Shown: positions 26,577 to 36,650 of the stretch, piece by piece
How positions within the stretch are numbered: the first letter of the stretch is position 1
How the letters are laid out: each line of letters begins with the position of its first letter
Source of the DNA: a virus
Lineage: Duplodnaviria; Caudoviricetes
Strand: one strand, 5' to 3'
Length of the DNA stretch: 39,877 nucleotides
Virus record (IMG/VR): IMGVR_UViG_3300002182_000011
Span: 1 to 39,877 of that record
The notes under the pieces: generated by a model
Seen by the model: the letters and a program-made list of their open reading frames with translations, nothing else
The model's database searches: none
What the model was told of the DNA's origin: nothing
Translations under genes and position numbers: made by a program

Positions 26577-26750
26577 TTAATAGCACACACCTCTTGCACA
26601 AATTTTCCAATCTTCAATATAGCAACATTCTAAATTACCGAAAAGATTTTGATAACAGCACAATTTGTAGTAAGAAAAACTTTTACTTATTTTGCTCATG
26701 GCAAAAAGAAAAATCAAAATAAGTATTAAGCTAATTAAAAATTTTTTCAT
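26577..26750 (-). CDS. Small exported Cys-rich peptide
   Basis: MKKFLISLILILIFLFA signal/TM segment, 6 Cys in the C-terminal part; SD GGAGGTGA. Confidence 0.55.
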   Translation of the reverse strand: MKKFLISLILILIFLFAMSKISKSFSYYKLCCYQNLFGNLECCYIEDWKICARGVCY

Positions 26751-26779
26751 CTTTATCACCTCCGCTTATATATATACGC

Positions 26780-27187
26780 TCAATTTCCAATTTTTCTTTT
26801 AAAAATTTTCACAACTACTCCTGCCCAATGTTCCCAGATGTTTCCATCTACATCTTTTCTATTTATTTCTACATCTATTTTCAGATTATCATTTTTAAAG
26901 GTCCAAATTTCCTTCTCCCCATAGTTAAAAGTAATTGTTCCAGTTTTAATACAATTTTCTACTTCTTCAATAGAAACATTAGCTTCTTTCAATTGTTTTT
27001 CATAAACTACTATTCCATTTCCATAAAAAGGAAGTATATAAATTTTCTGTGGTTCTCTTACTCGGCGAGCAGTTATTTCTGTAATTTTTAGTGCAAGCCC
27101 TTGCACTACAAAGGATATTAAAAAACTAAATAAGATGCTGGTTTTGTAAAATCTGATAAAATTTTTCTGCTTCTTTTCCGCAATCAT
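26780..27187 (-). CDS. Hypothetical protein; start uncertain
   Basis: 135 aa ORF overlapping the 3' end of the upstream gene. Confidence 0.45.
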   Translation of the reverse strand: MIAEKKQKNFIRFYKTSILFSFLISFVVQGLALKITEITARRVREPQKIYILPFYGNGIVVYEKQLKEANVSIEEVENCIKTGTITFNYGEKEIWTFKNDNLKIDVEINRKDVDGNIWEHWAGVVVKIFKRKIGN

Positions 27188-29432
27188 TCCTGAACTCTAA
27201 ATCTAATATTCCAAACCTTTGCAATTTTTTCTCTAATAAATGGTATACTCTTTCGCTTGCTTGCTGGATAGTTATTCCTGTGGAAGTAATTATGGCAGGT
27301 TGGAAATCTGTATCTGCACAAACTAAATTTCCTTCCTCATCAAGCATACAATCAAGTAAATGAACATGCTTATAGTTTTCTATGTTTTGAATTAATCTAT
27401 GCGGAATATAAGGCTTTTCTGGTAGGAAAGTCCTTACAGAAGCAGAGAAGAGGTCTTTATTGGTCTTAACTTCCTTTAATACTCCTAAACAAGCATCAGA
27501 AATGATTTTACCCAAATCTTCGTTAACAAGCTCTAACATAGTATAGATAGCATTTAAACCAAAACGGCAATTTCCTACAATTGCTGGAAATCCATTTCTT
27601 CTTGTAAGGAGTAAATGATTAGGAACTTCTAAACAATAAACTTTTCCTTCATAAGGAACTTTTTTAATATCTCTTCCTTGTATCCAATTACCTATTTGTT
27701 TTTTTCTTTCTGCAACTATATATAAATCATGTTTCCTTTGATAAGTTTTTCCCTTTATAGTTAAAGAAGTATTTTTTGATTTTCTTATTTTGATATGAGC
27801 AGAAATTCCACATTTTAAACATAATTCTTGTAAATCATCTGCTAACCTTTTGGAAGTAGTAAAATAAAGTCTTTGTTTTTTATGAACACATCCGTCTCCT
27901 AAAAAATAAGCATCCAAAAAAACTTTTATTTGTGAAGGTGGAAGTTCTTTAACATAAGAAGGAACATATTTTTCTGAAGCAGTTCCAAAATTTAAAATCT
28001 TAGCTAATTGTATTGAACTAATTTGAAAACCATGTTTAGTTTCTGAGAACTTAAAAGGTAAATTCTTAAGTATTTCTCTTATTTGGTCTTTTTTAGAATA
28101 TTGTGAAATTGAAACAATATATTTTTTGTGTGCTAAAGAACCTTCTGCTAAGTAAATACCTAAAAATTTAAGCCAATCTTCCATTTTAATTAATATTGCT
28201 TTATGTTTAATTTCTAAAGTTTTTTTATATCTTCCCAAATAATGTTTTTCAATATACTCTGGAATTTCAAAGAATTCTCTTTTTTGCCCAGTCCATTTTC
28301 CTGTAATCTTAATTTCATATCCATGTTTATTTAATTGGTCCGCGCGTAAAAATTTAAATCTTTTTTGTTGAGGAGGTCTTACCCACATATTATGGTCAGG
28401 AGTCACTAATATATCTTTATTAGGAGTTCTCTTTTTAGTTAAACCTGAAGTAAAATGTATTAACTCTCCTTTAAAATATTTTTTAATAGTTCCTATGACT
28501 TTTTGATATTCTAAATAATCAGTTTGTGGATTAAGTGTCATAACTTCTTCACCTAAATCCACATCTTTAATATATTTCCAACCATTTTTAGTTAAAACTT
28601 CTGTTTTTTCATCAAAACAAGTAAATTCCAATCCAAAAGGAGTTCCATTAAATACTATACAATTTATATCTATTACTCCTAAATAATTTGTATTTTTAAA
28701 AAATGGAGTTAATTTTTCTAATGTTTTCTTAAAATGAGGAGTTTCTCTTTGTTGAGGGAGAACTTTTACTACATCCAGGGAACAGCCTGTGTTGACTCCT
28801 GTATTATTATCTCCTTTTCTTTTTCTTTCAAAAGTTATATTGCACCACCCATCTACCCAATCTCCTACCCATAGTCCTTCACAAGAAACTTCCACTCCTT
28901 CTATATATTCTTGAAGCTCAAACTCAACTATTTTATGCATTTGTTTTTTAAGACCTTTAAGGAAATGAACCATATCCTGAGCATTTGAACTCACATAAGT
29001 TAAGGCTGTAGACATATTATTAGAAGGCTTAAAGACATATCTTTTATTAGAATATTGCACAAATTTTATCGCAGAGTCAAAATCCTGAAAAGCAGTAGTA
29101 GGAGGTATTTTTATACCTGCAATCTTCATAATCGAAGAACCATAAACCCTATCTAATTCTAATTTATCATGAACCAATCCTCCTCCAAAAACTTTGTATC
29201 CTGCATTTTTAAGTCTGTCCGCTAAAGCTCCGTATCCAACCATATCAAAGACTATAATTTTGTCTGGCTCTAAAGCTTTTCTCCAATCTGTTATTTTGTT
29301 TATAAGACCATCCCCTACATGCTTATATTTAGGAGTTGCAATATAAAAATCTACTTCATTACCTTCCCTTGCCAGCCTCATTGCCAGTGCTAATGTATCC
29401 CCAAATTTGGAAAACCATAAGAACTTTGCCAT
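27126..29432 (-). CDS. PurD (GAR synthetase)-like ATP-grasp ligase containing an intein (418 aa after splicing)
   Basis: LELDR, YVFKP, LQEYIEGVEVS, ERKRKGDNNTGVNTG and spliced LEFT/CRFG motifs. Confidence 0.85.
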   Translation of the reverse strand: MAKFLWFSKFGDTLALAMRLAREGNEVDFYIATPKYKHVGDGLINKITDWRKALEPDKIIVFDMVGYGALADRLKNAGYKVFGGGLVHDKLELDRVYGSSIMKIAGIKIPPTTAFQDFDSAIKFVQYSNKRYVFKPSNNMSTALTYVSSNAQDMVHFLKGLKKQMHKIVEFELQEYIEGVEVSCEGLWVGDWVDGWCNITFERKRKGDNNTGVNTGCSLDVVKVLPQQRETPHFKKTLEKLTPFFKNTNYLGVIDINCIVFNGTPFGLEFTCFDEKTEVLTKNGWKYIKDVDLGEEVMTLNPQTDYLEYQKVIGTIKKYFKGELIHFTSGLTKKRTPNKDILVTPDHNMWVRPPQQKRFKFLRADQLNKHGYEIKITGKWTGQKREFFEIPEYIEKHYLGRYKKTLEIKHKAILIKMEDWLKFLGIYLAEGSLAHKKYIVSISQYSKKDQIREILKNLPFKFSETKHGFQISSIQLAKILNFGTASEKYVPSYVKELPPSQIKVFLDAYFLGDGCVHKKQRLYFTTSKRLADDLQELCLKCGISAHIKIRKSKNTSLTIKGKTYQRKHDLYIVAERKKQIGNWIQGRDIKKVPYEGKVYCLEVPNHLLLTRRNGFPAIVGNCRFGLNAIYTMLELVNEDLGKIISDACLGVLKEVKTNKDLFSASVRTFLPEKPYIPHRLIQNIENYKHVHLLDCMLDEEGNLVCADTDFQPAIITSTGITIQQASERVYHLLEKKLQRFGILDLEFRNDCGKEAEKFYQILQNQHLI
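27570..28619 (-). mobile_element. Intein with LAGLIDADG endonuclease domain (350 aa)
   Basis: Block A CFDEKTEVLT, block B VTPDHNMW, endonuclease blocks YLAEGS and FLDAYFLGDG, block F VYCLEV, C-terminal GN/C. Confidence 0.93.
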
Positions 29433-29704
29433 ATGCCTTAAAAATGCCCGTTTTTTGCCCTTAATTAAGCCTACAACAAGACTTTTTAGCTTAGCCTATA
29501 TCTGAATACCCCCTGCTTTTCGGTGCAACATATTGCACTTACTCGTTTATTATGTAATTCTTTGAGTATATTGTTCATGCGTTATTGCTAATGCTATTGC
29601 TAATGCTAATGCTAATGATATAATATTATTGCTAATGTTAATGATATTGCTAATGATATAATATATTTTTATAAATAAAAATATTATTTTTCTTTTTTTC
29701 AAAA
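29433..29704. repeat. AT-rich non-coding region with hexamer tandem repeats; candidate replication origin
   Basis: Degenerate (GCTAAT/GCTATT/GTTAAT/GATATT)n at about 29581..29660, an almost pure AT tract after it, and a palindrome at 29523..29538. Confidence 0.5.
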
Positions 29705-32700
29705 TTATTCTTCTTCCTCATTATCTAAGTATTCTTCAATAAACTCTCTCAAAGGAACAGGATGAGTTCTAAGATAATCTTCCTTGCGCTTCTTCCTATT
29801 TACTATTGCCCGATATAATTCCATTTCGCTTAATATTAAACCTCTTACTAAGTCTTCATCTAAGTTGTATCTTTCTCCTAAAGCCCTTATATCTTCATTG
29901 TATTGCTCGGCCATTTTATACACATGATTTAAAGCATCTCCTCTCTCTAAGGCTCTTACCCCTAATTTTACTAAATTTGATTTTGCTCTTTTCCTAAACT
30001 CTTCTACGTATTTAATATAATCCATCTTATTGTAAAGCTCTCTTATCCGAGCAGGCATAAAACTTAATGCTCTTATAAACATTTCTTCAGCAGTAGGAGT
30101 ATAATAAATAGCTCCTCCCTTAGTAATTCCTCCTTCTTTTATCCATTCTAAGACTTGTAATAAACCTGTAAAGGCACTGGGAGTAAGCCTCTCCAATGCT
30201 TTTAAATAGTCTCCATTAGCAATATCTTTCCATCCTTCTTTTATATTTTCATAAAATCCCACTACTGCAGGTCTACCATAAGCTAATATAGCAGGATAAT
30301 CCAATAATGTTACTTGAGGTCCCATATCCACTCCTGTAAAATAAGTAAAAGGACCTTTTGCCATCATTTCAGCAAATTCTTTCCCTCCTAAAGTCTCTGC
30401 CCATTCTTTAATATCATCTTCTAAATTGCGTTTAGTTTTAGCTCTATATGCTTTTTTCCAAAGCCAAAAACCAGGCATAAGTCTCATGCCTGCAAAAAAA
30501 CCAAAAAATAAGCTCAAGATTAAAAATCTTCTAAAATTAGACCATCTGTCTTTAGGTTCTTTAAGAGCTTGCCAACCACTTCTCATAAAAACATGAGCCA
30601 TGCGTGTCGTAGTTATAAAGAAACGATAAAAAATATCTAATAGAGGTGTTTGCTCTACCATTACAGGAAGCTCATGTTCATAAAGCATCTGAGTTCTGCT
30701 AATATAATCTCTAACAAAAGGCATAACTTTTTCTACATATTCTGGTTTTGCGGAAAATTCAGGGTCTTTTTGTTTCAAAATACGTGCGATATCAAATAAA
30801 GATTTCGTTCTTAAAAATCTCTCCATCTTCTTTGTAGGTAAGGTAAGAAATAAATCTATTGTCCAAGGTATTTTTCTTTTACCTACTACAAAAGGGATAT
30901 ATGCTTCTTGTCCTAATCCTCTTCTATCTAACTCTTTTACAAACTCAAGGATATCTTGAGGTATGCCTTCTATTTTATCTGGTAAAGGAAATCCTTTTTT
31001 TAATAAATACTTTAATGTATCCTCAAAAGTTTGAACCCATATTTTTGTTCCATCTGTAATACCTATCTGTGAGCTATTTTCTGCAAGATTCCAAAAAGTT
31101 TGTAACCCTTCTGTAGCCAACCAGGATAATCTTGTTCCTAATGCATAACCTGTTATAGCTAAATTTAACCATAAAAGTCTTGACTCATTTGCAAAGATAT
31201 TATCTAAATAAATTCTTGTATATTCTTTTATGTCTGGGTCTGTAATCTTAGTAGTTATTTCTGGTAAAATAGCTCTAAATTCTTCTATTGCTCTTTTATA
31301 AGCAGTCCAAGAATTAAGTCTTAACAAGGAAGCCATCCAATCTTCCATATCAAAATATTGCCATCCTCCTACTTTTTCTCTGGGTAAAAGGAAAGGAGGT
31401 AAGGACCTTTCTTGAATATAATCAATAATTTTTTGCACTTCAGGAGTAATTTTTATATCTTTTTCTTTTATAATCATTTCTATATCTAAATCGCTTGTAT
31501 ATCTACGATATAAAGTCCATTTAGGCGTAGGTATAGGAGAAGTAATTGCATTTATCCACTCTTTGGCTGTTCCTTGGAAGATTATTCTTGCTCCTCGTTT
31601 TTCTAAATCTTGAACTGCTTTATTTAAAGACTTTCTATCTTTGAAATGATAATAAACATCATATTTTTCTTTTATTTTTGCCCTTTCTTGTGGAGATAAT
31701 GTATCAAAAGTTTCTTCTACTTCTGGAGGTCTGAAAGTTGCTAATAAAACATAAGGATTTTTACTCAAAGGGGCACGAGTTAAAGTCATGTATCCTATTG
31801 CTTCAGATTTTGCTTTAAAATCATTTGCCCATTCTTCATATCTTGCCAATTGCTCTTGAACTCTGGCTCTATCTTCAGGAGTTACTGCTTCTTTCAATCT
31901 TTGTTCTAAAAGAGCTTTACGGGATAATAGATAATTATTTGTTACATAACGGTGGAAATCAACTAAGCTATTATAAGCAGCAATCTGTTCAGCATTAAAA
32001 CCATATGCTTTTAATTCTTCTTCTGTAGCATAAGGCTTTTCTTGTAGAGTTCTTTCCATTGCATACCTACGCACCAATTCCGCTTGATAAGGAGCTTTAT
32101 CATATAAAGTAATTAAATCTTTTAAATGCTCTAACCCTTTTACATTATAATACTTGTTTAATTCTATAAAATTATGATATGCATCCCAAACTTCTTTAAA
32201 CTCTGGATACCAATCCGCCATCATTCGTGGTAAAGCCCCAAAATACCAGAAAGCTTTTTCTGACAAAGTAACGACAGGTTTAATTAAATTAAATGCTTTT
32301 ATCCCTTCATTAAGTCTTTGTTGTGCTAAGGGATTACCTTGTAAGAAGCGATGAATCATCCCTGCAGGAATACCTCCACCTTTAGGAGTATATTTGCTAC
32401 GTAAAGATACCCAAGTAGAAACTTTAGCTAATTCATCTTCAGTAAGAGCTTTTAAACCTTCTTCTATTTGTCTTTCTACTTGTTTTTGGGGAATTTTTAA
32501 TATTTTGGCTATTTCTCTTATGCTCCCTTTAGGATATTCTCCTTTTTGTAAAATAGAAAAGAAATCATCTGCACTGATTATATTTATTAATCCTCTCACT
32601 AAAGCTGGATATTGAGAAGCATATTTTGCAAAGATTGGCTCTAATTCAGTGGCTAATAAATCTAAGTCTCCATCAGGCTTAGAGATTATCTTCCCAGGTT

Positions 32701-34744
32701 CAACTTCTTCTCCTTCAGGAGTAGTTATTTTTTGAGCTAAGGAATAAACTTCAATCTTCTTTGCTTCTTCTATCTTTTGGGCTTCTTTTTTCCCTACTTT
32801 CTTAGCCAAAGCAGAACGAATTTCTTCTTCAGTAGGTTCTCTACCTAATTGCTGTCTTAAAGTATCCATTATACGAGCATATCTTCGTCTTGCTCTTACT
32901 ATAAAAGGAGCATAAGGATTGTATTCTTCTAAAACTTTTCTTAATTTATAATCAACCAATTGAGTCCAATTTGGTAGATGTCCTCTTTCAATTGCTGAAC
33001 GCATCCCTAAATAACTTTCTGTTAAAATTCTATCTTGAAAATTCTCAAGCTTACCTACCATTTTAAAAAATTTTGTTTTTTCATCTTCAGTTAAGGAATT
33101 CAAAAATCCTTGCACTACTCCTTTTACTGTAGATTTTAATTTATCTATATCTATGTTCTTTATCTGTAATTCTATCTGAGCTAATTTCTTAAGTTGTGGG
33201 TCTTCAGTAGTATTGATAATCTTTTCCAATTGCTCAGGCATAGCATTTCTAACCATATCAATATAGTGTTTTTTATCGGCAGGTAATTGAGCAATTATAC
33301 TATCTTTTTGTTTTGCAAGAGTCTGAACTTTTACTATTTTTTCTGGCTCAGGAGGTTTAATCTTTGGTTTTACTGGTTCAGGTAAAACAATTTTAGCCTT
33401 ATGAGTTTCTAACAATTGTAAAGTTTTTTCTATCCCATATTCATCAATTCTTCTTAAAGCATTTTGAATAGCTTCTTTCTGAGTATTTCCTGTAGCAATT
33501 TGCAAACCTGTTTCTTTATTTGTAATTACCCATAATTTAGGATTTATTATATCCCGATGAGCAAACATATTTATTGTCTTATAAGTAAGAGGATATGTCC
33601 TTGTTTTTATAGGAATTAAACCTTCATCAGTTTGCACAAAATATTCAGAAGGAGCAATTAGTTTTCCTTGAGCTTGTTGTTCAGTAACGGTAGAAGGTTT
33701 TATTTGTTCTTCAGTAGGAACAGCAGGCTTTACTCCTGGAGGAATTTCTTTAGGACTTGTAATCGGAACTTCTTCTCCTACAGCTTCTACTCCTTTGGCT
33801 TTTGGCAGAGGAACTTCTAATTCTGGAGCTTTTACTGTTGGAGGTGGAGCTGTTACTGCTGGAGGAGCCACTTTGGGTGCTTCTGGAAATCTAAATGTAG
33901 GTATAGGACGAGGTTCACTAATAACTTTTTCATAAGGTTGAGCTCTAAAATAAGATTTTAATTTAGCCCAAAAAGGTTTATCTACAACTCTAATAAATTT
34001 CTCCGCAGGAATTTCTATATCTATTCCTCTTTGTAATGCGGTCCTTAATTGGTCTCTGGATAAGTTTAAACTGGCAAAAAGAGATTGTAGCTCTGGAGGA
34101 GTTAAAGTTCCCGATTGATAAATGTCTTTTACTTGTTCTGCAGAAAGTCTGACTGTTTTAGGTAAATTATATTCTACTATTTTTTGTTTAGTAAAACGTT
34201 CAAAAATAGGAGAAGTTACCCAGGGAGCTCTTTTATAAACTTGTCCTGCAATTGCTCCTTTACCGATAAAGTCTATTAATTCAATCAATGCTTTCCAATC
34301 ATCACTAATATCAGAAGGAATAAATTTTTCTGTAGGAATAAGCTTATCTAAAATATGGAATGTAGCAATAGAAGATAACATAGGAACAGGCTCTGCAACT
34401 AACCCTGCAATTACTACAGGAGTAGAAAGTAACTGTTTATATTCTTCTTCACTAATATCAGTTGGTTTTATACCTGTTATACGAGGGTCACGAGCTAATT
34501 TTTGATAATGTTCCCGAATCACGTGTAAAGGAATTTTTGTCTGTTGAGAAAGAGCCCATATATTCTGAGCATAAGCTATTTGTTCTGCTGGACGTTCAAA
34601 AATCTTTCTTCTTAATTGCTCTAAACGACTAATTGGTGGAGCAGTCCTTAGCTCAGGAATTTTAGGCAATATCTCATTTGCCTCTTCTTCAGTGAAGATA
34701 GTTTTAGAAAATTCTTTTAAGTCTTCTTCATTAAAAATAGGCAT
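29705..34744 (-). CDS. Large internal virion / DNA ejection protein
   Basis: 1679 aa helical protein, last of three genes after the tail module, with a C-terminal hydrophobic segment; podovirus ejectosome position. Confidence 0.7.
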   Translation of the reverse strand: MPIFNEEDLKEFSKTIFTEEEANEILPKIPELRTAPPISRLEQLRRKIFERPAEQIAYAQNIWALSQQTKIPLHVIREHYQKLARDPRITGIKPTDISEEEYKQLLSTPVVIAGLVAEPVPMLSSIATFHILDKLIPTEKFIPSDISDDWKALIELIDFIGKGAIAGQVYKRAPWVTSPIFERFTKQKIVEYNLPKTVRLSAEQVKDIYQSGTLTPPELQSLFASLNLSRDQLRTALQRGIDIEIPAEKFIRVVDKPFWAKLKSYFRAQPYEKVISEPRPIPTFRFPEAPKVAPPAVTAPPPTVKAPELEVPLPKAKGVEAVGEEVPITSPKEIPPGVKPAVPTEEQIKPSTVTEQQAQGKLIAPSEYFVQTDEGLIPIKTRTYPLTYKTINMFAHRDIINPKLWVITNKETGLQIATGNTQKEAIQNALRRIDEYGIEKTLQLLETHKAKIVLPEPVKPKIKPPEPEKIVKVQTLAKQKDSIIAQLPADKKHYIDMVRNAMPEQLEKIINTTEDPQLKKLAQIELQIKNIDIDKLKSTVKGVVQGFLNSLTEDEKTKFFKMVGKLENFQDRILTESYLGMRSAIERGHLPNWTQLVDYKLRKVLEEYNPYAPFIVRARRRYARIMDTLRQQLGREPTEEEIRSALAKKVGKKEAQKIEEAKKIEVYSLAQKITTPEGEEVEPGKIISKPDGDLDLLATELEPIFAKYASQYPALVRGLINIISADDFFSILQKGEYPKGSIREIAKILKIPQKQVERQIEEGLKALTEDELAKVSTWVSLRSKYTPKGGGIPAGMIHRFLQGNPLAQQRLNEGIKAFNLIKPVVTLSEKAFWYFGALPRMMADWYPEFKEVWDAYHNFIELNKYYNVKGLEHLKDLITLYDKAPYQAELVRRYAMERTLQEKPYATEEELKAYGFNAEQIAAYNSLVDFHRYVTNNYLLSRKALLEQRLKEAVTPEDRARVQEQLARYEEWANDFKAKSEAIGYMTLTRAPLSKNPYVLLATFRPPEVEETFDTLSPQERAKIKEKYDVYYHFKDRKSLNKAVQDLEKRGARIIFQGTAKEWINAITSPIPTPKWTLYRRYTSDLDIEMIIKEKDIKITPEVQKIIDYIQERSLPPFLLPREKVGGWQYFDMEDWMASLLRLNSWTAYKRAIEEFRAILPEITTKITDPDIKEYTRIYLDNIFANESRLLWLNLAITGYALGTRLSWLATEGLQTFWNLAENSSQIGITDGTKIWVQTFEDTLKYLLKKGFPLPDKIEGIPQDILEFVKELDRRGLGQEAYIPFVVGKRKIPWTIDLFLTLPTKKMERFLRTKSLFDIARILKQKDPEFSAKPEYVEKVMPFVRDYISRTQMLYEHELPVMVEQTPLLDIFYRFFITTTRMAHVFMRSGWQALKEPKDRWSNFRRFLILSLFFGFFAGMRLMPGFWLWKKAYRAKTKRNLEDDIKEWAETLGGKEFAEMMAKGPFTYFTGVDMGPQVTLLDYPAILAYGRPAVVGFYENIKEGWKDIANGDYLKALERLTPSAFTGLLQVLEWIKEGGITKGGAIYYTPTAEEMFIRALSFMPARIRELYNKMDYIKYVEEFRKRAKSNLVKLGVRALERGDALNHVYKMAEQYNEDIRALGERYNLDEDLVRGLILSEMELYRAIVNRKKRKEDYLRTHPVPLREFIEEYLDNEEEE

Positions 34745-34745
34745 A

Positions 34746-35750
34746 TTAATATCCTTTTCTCTTTAAGATTTCAATTGCTTTACGAATATTTGCTTCTGTA
34801 ATTGGTATACCATGTTCTTGTAATCCTTGTATAGCTAATTGCCTTAATCTTGTTCCTTCATCTATAGTCGGTGTAGAAGGAGGAGCAAGTAAAGGTAAAT
34901 ATTCCTGAATAAACGAAGGAGTAGTCGGTGTAGTCGGAATAGGCATAGGTGTAGTCAGCGGTGTTGGTGTAGGTGTTGAAGTCGGAGTAGGCATAGGTGT
35001 GGTTGGTATTGGCGTAGGTGTTGGAGCTGATGTAGGAGCAGAAGGAAATATGCTTTTTAAGAATCTTTCTAAAAGAGATTCTTTCTTATCTTCATCTTTT
35101 TCTTTTTCCTTTTTCTTTTCAGGAATAGGAAGAGCTTCAATCTCAGCAAGTAATTCAGGGTCAAAAGGGTCAATTTTATAGGTTGTAGAGAGTTCTGCCA
35201 ATGCATTTCTAAGCTCTTCTTTTGTTTTATAATTTTCTCTCTTTAAAGTTTTACCTGTAGTAGTAGAAAGTTCTGAAAAAGCTCCCCTAAGCCACCCAAT
35301 TATTGCATTTTTATGTGCTATACGAGTTTTTTCTGCCTCTGTAGGTTCAAATCCTAAAGTTTTTGCTAATTCTGGATGTTGCTTAACTATTTCAGCTATA
35401 CGAGAAAGTTGTGTTAAATATTGCTCTAAAGCTGTAGGAATTTTTTCAGGCATAGGAACAGTTGCAGGACGAGGAGGTCCTAAACCAAACCACGTAGGTT
35501 GTCCCATTAAAATATCCCAAGCTCTTTTCTCTCTTTCTCCAGGACGTAATTCAGGATAAATCTGTCCCAAAGTTAAATATCTCTCTAAGGTTTTTGCTGC
35601 TTGCTCTTCTCTTAAACGAGGTATTTGCGCTAAAGTCCCTACAAATTCTCCTAATGGACCACCTGCCATCTTTTCTCTCCAATAAGGGTCAGTCTGATAA
35701 GCGGATAATAATGAATAGTCAATTAAAGGTGCTCTGGGCATATTTTTCAC
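34746..35750 (-). CDS. Internal virion / ejection protein with a Pro-Thr linker
   Basis: 334 aa; PT-rich repeat at about 34920..35040; likely start is the ATG at 35741. Confidence 0.6.
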   Translation of the reverse strand: MKNMPRAPLIDYSLLSAYQTDPYWREKMAGGPLGEFVGTLAQIPRLREEQAAKTLERYLTLGQIYPELRPGEREKRAWDILMGQPTWFGLGPPRPATVPMPEKIPTALEQYLTQLSRIAEIVKQHPELAKTLGFEPTEAEKTRIAHKNAIIGWLRGAFSELSTTTGKTLKRENYKTKEELRNALAELSTTYKIDPFDPELLAEIEALPIPEKKKEKEKDEDKKESLLERFLKSIFPSAPTSAPTPTPIPTTPMPTPTSTPTPTPLTTPMPIPTTPTTPSFIQEYLPLLAPPSTPTIDEGTRLRQLAIQGLQEHGIPITEANIRKAIEILKRKGY

Positions 35751-35753
35751 CTC

Positions 35754-36650
35754 CTATATATTCCAAGGCATAGAATATATCCAGGGTAAGGTCGCTCCTT
35801 GATAGCCTCCTAATCCTCCTAAAGCCGCTCCTCCTAAAGTTCCCCATAATCCTCCTCCCCCTAAATATGCTCCTAATCCTCCCAAAACAGCAGGGGCAAT
35901 ATATTGAGCAAAAGGAGAAGCTTTACCAGGAATATAACGATAATAAGGATAATACTCTGCTAATCCTGCAGAAACTTGAGCCAATTCTAAAGGTGTGCCT
36001 AATTCTTCTTCTCTTTGCCTTAACCATTCTCGATAACGAGCTTCTAATTGTGCTTGCTCTATTTGTCTTAAATAATCAGCTAAAGACATAACTCTGGCTA
36101 ATCTTGTTGCTGGTTCTTCCGTTTCCACTTCCGCTAAACGCATTGCGGTAGGAAGCATAGCTACCTGTCGCTCTCTTTCCTGAGCTAATTCCTCTGCTCT
36201 TGCTTCAGTTAATCTTCTCCCTATATCTTCTAACAACTCTCTTTCTCCTTTTTCTGCGGCAGAACTATAAAAAGTTCCTCTCATTGCTAAAGCTTGTCTT
36301 AACCGAGAAGCAAGTTCAGGATATTCTTCTTCTAACATTGTTTTTCTTAAGGCTTCATAAACAGGAGAAGGAGTTGTTAGATATTCTCCTCTTACAATCT
36401 TTTCTATTTCTTCACGAGGAATTTTATATAAAGATGTTTCTGTAGAGTAAGGTCTTCTTAAATATTCTTCTAATAAAGCTCTTTCTTCAGGAACATAAGT
36501 TTGAGCAACAAGCTCTCCTCCATAAGGCTCTCCTAACCTTCCCAATCCTGCATAAGCACGAGAAATGAGTTCTTGTGTTAACTTCCTTGCTTCAGGATAT
36601 AAAGGAGAAATTTCTTCATATGTTGGTTTTTTCCCTTTTAAAAGGTTCAT
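35754..36650 (-). CDS. Internal virion / DNA transfer (pilot-like) protein
   Basis: Helical, RGTFYSS motif, Gly-zipper hydrophobic C-terminus. Confidence 0.65.
   Translation of the reverse strand: MNLLKGKKPTYEEISPLYPEARKLTQELISRAYAGLGRLGEPYGGELVAQTYVPEERALLEEYLRRPYSTETSLYKIPREEIEKIVRGEYLTTPSPVYEALRKTMLEEEYPELASRLRQALAMRGTFYSSAAEKGERELLEDIGRRLTEARAEELAQERERQVAMLPTAMRLAEVETEEPATRLARVMSLADYLRQIEQAQLEARYREWLRQREEELGTPLELAQVSAGLAEYYPYYRYIPGKASPFAQYIAPAVLGGLGAYLGGGGLWGTLGGAALGGLGGYQGATLPWIYSMPWNI

Noticed and set aside
34920-35040. Short tandem repeats as a non-coding array
   Set aside because: Explained by the Pro-Thr linker in the coding frame.
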